39,539 bases of DNA from Octopus bimaculoides (lineage: Eukaryota), in NCBI RefSeq assembly GCF_001194135.2, contig NC_068983.1, positions 160,609,243 to 160,648,781 on the forward strand, read 5' to 3'. Positions within the stretch are counted from its first letter, which is position 1. Every line of letters starts with the position of its first letter. Both the position numbers and the translations under genes were made by a program. The notes under the pieces were generated by a model that did no database searches, had not been told where the DNA came from, and worked only from the letters and a program-made list of their open reading frames with translations. Positions 36,530-39,539 of the stretch are shown here, piece after piece.

Positions 36530-36899
36530 ATATATATATAAAAGATAATAAGAGTGAAAAAACTACAGAAGGCTTGTGTTACTTGGTTAAAGTATATATT
36601 TAAAATATGTCAGAAAAATGTTATAAAAATGTTAGAAAAATGTTATAAAATCTTTTTGGTATATAAACATTGTATTTTGAGAAATAACCGGTTTCGTGTT
36701 GTCTTTTCAAATTTCTCTACTTCATTGTGTCGTGTTCGCTCATATATATATACATACATACGTACAGTTAAATACATATACTAATGTATATGCTTTGTGT
36801 ATTTAACAATGTTTATTATAGTAGAGCTTCTTTTATTGCACATGTAAAAATTTTCTCTTAGGTGTGCAATTTCCGGGCATACCAACTCATGATTTTACA

Positions 36900-37870
36900 A
36901 GCCATGAGCTTATAAGTCATTGGACTGACTGGCTGAATTATGCACTTCTGTTACAGTTTTTAAAACACTTCCTATCGTAACATTAACACATTTATATTAT
37001 TCTACACATATGTTGCTACCATTGAATTAATGTACAGTTTTTAGTAGGTTCTCCAACAGGGTATTTTCTCTTGTATATTGTATTAAATGATCCAAACAGA
37101 GAAAGTAGTTTATAGTTTGTCTATAGTAGTTGTAATAACTGGTGGCTTGATTCACTTGATTCATTAGTGGTGTCAGATCTAGAAAGAAGAGAGGTGAAGA
37201 TGAGATGTTGCCTCTCTCTCCCAGTAAAAGTTATTTCCTCGTGAGATGAAGATGGTTTGTATCATCTTCTTTTAATCATACAGTATTATTGATCTTCCTC
37301 CCTTTTAATGTAGTATGGTTAATATTCTGCTTTGGTATTGAGACTGACTTGTTTATGTATGGTGTCTCCAATATACAGAAATGTGATAAGCAAGTGAAGG
37401 CTTTTTAGTAATAAATCCATGTCTTACTTGAATTTTTGTTCTTTTTTTCAGCTAGCTGCTCAGATTACAAATAGCTATTCATTACATCCATACATCCTCA
37501 TCTGACGTGATTTCTATTCATCTGGTAATATATATTACATTCTAAATAAACAGCCTGTTGGAAAGTGTAGATATCAGGGATTCAAATAGTGTTGATAAGC
37601 AGATTATTGGTTTGTAGTCTTAAGGGTTCATGATGATTTTATTTTGGAGAGGGATTAATACTGTTTTTTTCCTCTAGTAATGAATTGGTTTTACATTCTA
37701 GTATTTTTTAGTAATTTATTGAATTTGTAATTTGTTGCCATAGCTCCATTTATATTGGTTAAATACTTTAACAAAGAAATTAAGGAGTTTATCGACTCTA
37801 AGCACTAGTAGTTTTCTTGTGTTGCCAAGGGCTCAATCAACCATCAATTCAGATATGAAAAAAAAAAATC
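36900..37870 (-). mobile_element. R4/Dong-like RT core relic (domains 1-6), old
   Basis: KDYKPIICLSTLF, TWIYY*KAF, GNISSSPLFFLDLTPL (QGDxLSPLxF-like) and LLENLLKTVH..YKC. Confidence 0.65.
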
Positions 37871-38870
37871 TAATTAAAAAGTATTGTTCACTACTATGCT
37901 ATCAGTCATGGCCATGTGGTGAAATCTGCTACTAGATATTTTCAAATTAGTGACATTTCAAAGCACATTTGGGTATCAACGAAGATCTGAAGTTGTATAA
38001 CAAATCTATTTCTATGGTAACATGTTGTCCCTCCCAGCATTCTAAATAGATTTTAAGTTATGACAGTAATTGCTACTGCTTTGAATTTTTTAGTGTAGCT
38101 GTATACCATGCCATAAAGAATGACAGTTATTTCAATCATATTCTTTACATGATATTTCCTTAGATTTATAAAATTTTCTTTAGAGTTATTTTCATGAGTT
38201 TCCCTTATAGTTATAAAATTTTAACTTATTTTTTCCTTTCTATTCAGACTCTTTTAACCAAATCTTCTTTTCCATCATGCTGGTAAACATCAAAGCTAAG
38301 AAGAAAAGACATTTTAATTTGATTTTTATATTTTTATAATTATATTGTTTATGCCATGAACAAAACTTACTCTCAAGAGTTATCTTTCTTAGATAACTAT
38401 GTTGTCACACACCTTTGTGCCAAAAGTGTATCTACAGGATATTATGAAATTAACTTCCATAAAGTTGTACAATCTGCTGTTAACAATAATACTTTTTAAT
38501 GCAGTAGAGTAGGAAGTGAGGATAGTTTTACAGTGGCGATAGTATAGAAGGTAAAAACAAAATTCTGTTAAAGCAATAAAGCTAGATTTACTAGTACAAT
38601 CTGGAAAACCATTTTAAATCTTTTATTATAAAAGGGCTTTGTGCAGTAATGTTTATTCCACAGTCTTTCCATTTGGCGGGTTCCTGCATCTAACCGTAAT
38701 TCTTTTTCATATTGGTAATGCCATGTAAAATCTTTGAATGGAAACTGGACGAATTCCAACTTAGAGATTAAAGCCAATATATGTTTGGTCAAAATGGAAT
38801 TAGCCATAGCACAAATTACTAAGCACAACTCAGGAAGAATTTGCAGGTCTGGTCCTGATATTACTGCTGG

Positions 38871-38874
<4 letters not shown>

Positions 38875-38925
<51 letters not shown>

Positions 38926-39130
38926 CAGCAGCAGTAGTAGCAGTAGTAGTAGTAGCAGCAGTAGTAGTAGTTGGGTGGGTCACTGACGTCGTTATCATAG
39001 TCATCATCATTGTGACCATCATCATCATGGTCATGGTGGTGACAGTGGTGGTAGAAGCGGTAGCAGCAGCAGCAGCAAGAGGAGGAGGAGAAGGAGGAGA
39101 AGGAGGAGTGACAGTAACAGCTAAAATAAT
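38875..39130. repeat. (AGT)n/(AGC)n/(CAT)n/(GGA)n triplet mosaic
   Basis: Directly visible. Confidence 0.9.
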
Positions 39131-39249
39131 TGCATTCATTGCTATTGTTGTCTTATCCACTGTACAACCATTATCACACCTTCCCCTCAAAACCCACCAA
39201 CACCAAACCTTACTACTGTTAGAAACAGGTATGGAGATGTAATCTAGAA

Positions 39250-39466
39250 CTTCACTTAGCAATCAGCATATTTTGGGGATTCAGCCTCATTTTACAATAT
39301 TTTCACTGTCACCTCAGACTGACCAATGTCTTATGACTGGAATTCTGCAGACAGAAACTGCGTAGAAGCTTGTACCATGTATGTATACAGATATATAAGG
39401 TGCATGTATGTGTGTGTATACATGTGTGTATGTATATATACATATACACATATACATATATGTATG

Positions 39467-39497
<31 letters not shown>

Positions 39498-39498
39498 G

Positions 39499-39539
<41 letters not shown>
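39250..39539 (+). mobile_element. SINE family A head remnant followed by its TA-rich microsatellite to the window end
   Basis: gactgaccaatgtcttatgactggaattctgcagacagaaactgcgtagaagc, then (TA)n/(TATG)n. Confidence 0.55.

Overview
AT-rich, repeat-dense eukaryotic genomic DNA from a draft scaffold, with six N-gaps totalling 2,879 nt. The SINE families and microsatellite load look like Octopus/cephalopod DNA; this is inferred from recognition, not from a search. I found no host protein-coding exon, rRNA, true tRNA gene or CRISPR array, and most ORF-track entries are microsatellite or N artefacts. The window is a mosaic of mobile elements. It holds about ten fragments of RLE-type (R4/Dong-like) LINEs from at least three lineages, many bounded by (TAA)n, and an uninterrupted RTE ORF2 fragment. 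It also holds four tRNA-derived SINE families, a canonical non-autonomous Helitron, and an internally deleted Tc1/mariner with about 134-bp TIRs. Two elements stand out: a 558-bp non-coding unit embedded in (TAA)n, and a frameshifted Helitron RepHel relic followed by an OTU cysteine-protease (deubiquitinase-like) pseudogene that the ORF track misses. Boundaries of degraded elements are approximate (tens of bp).
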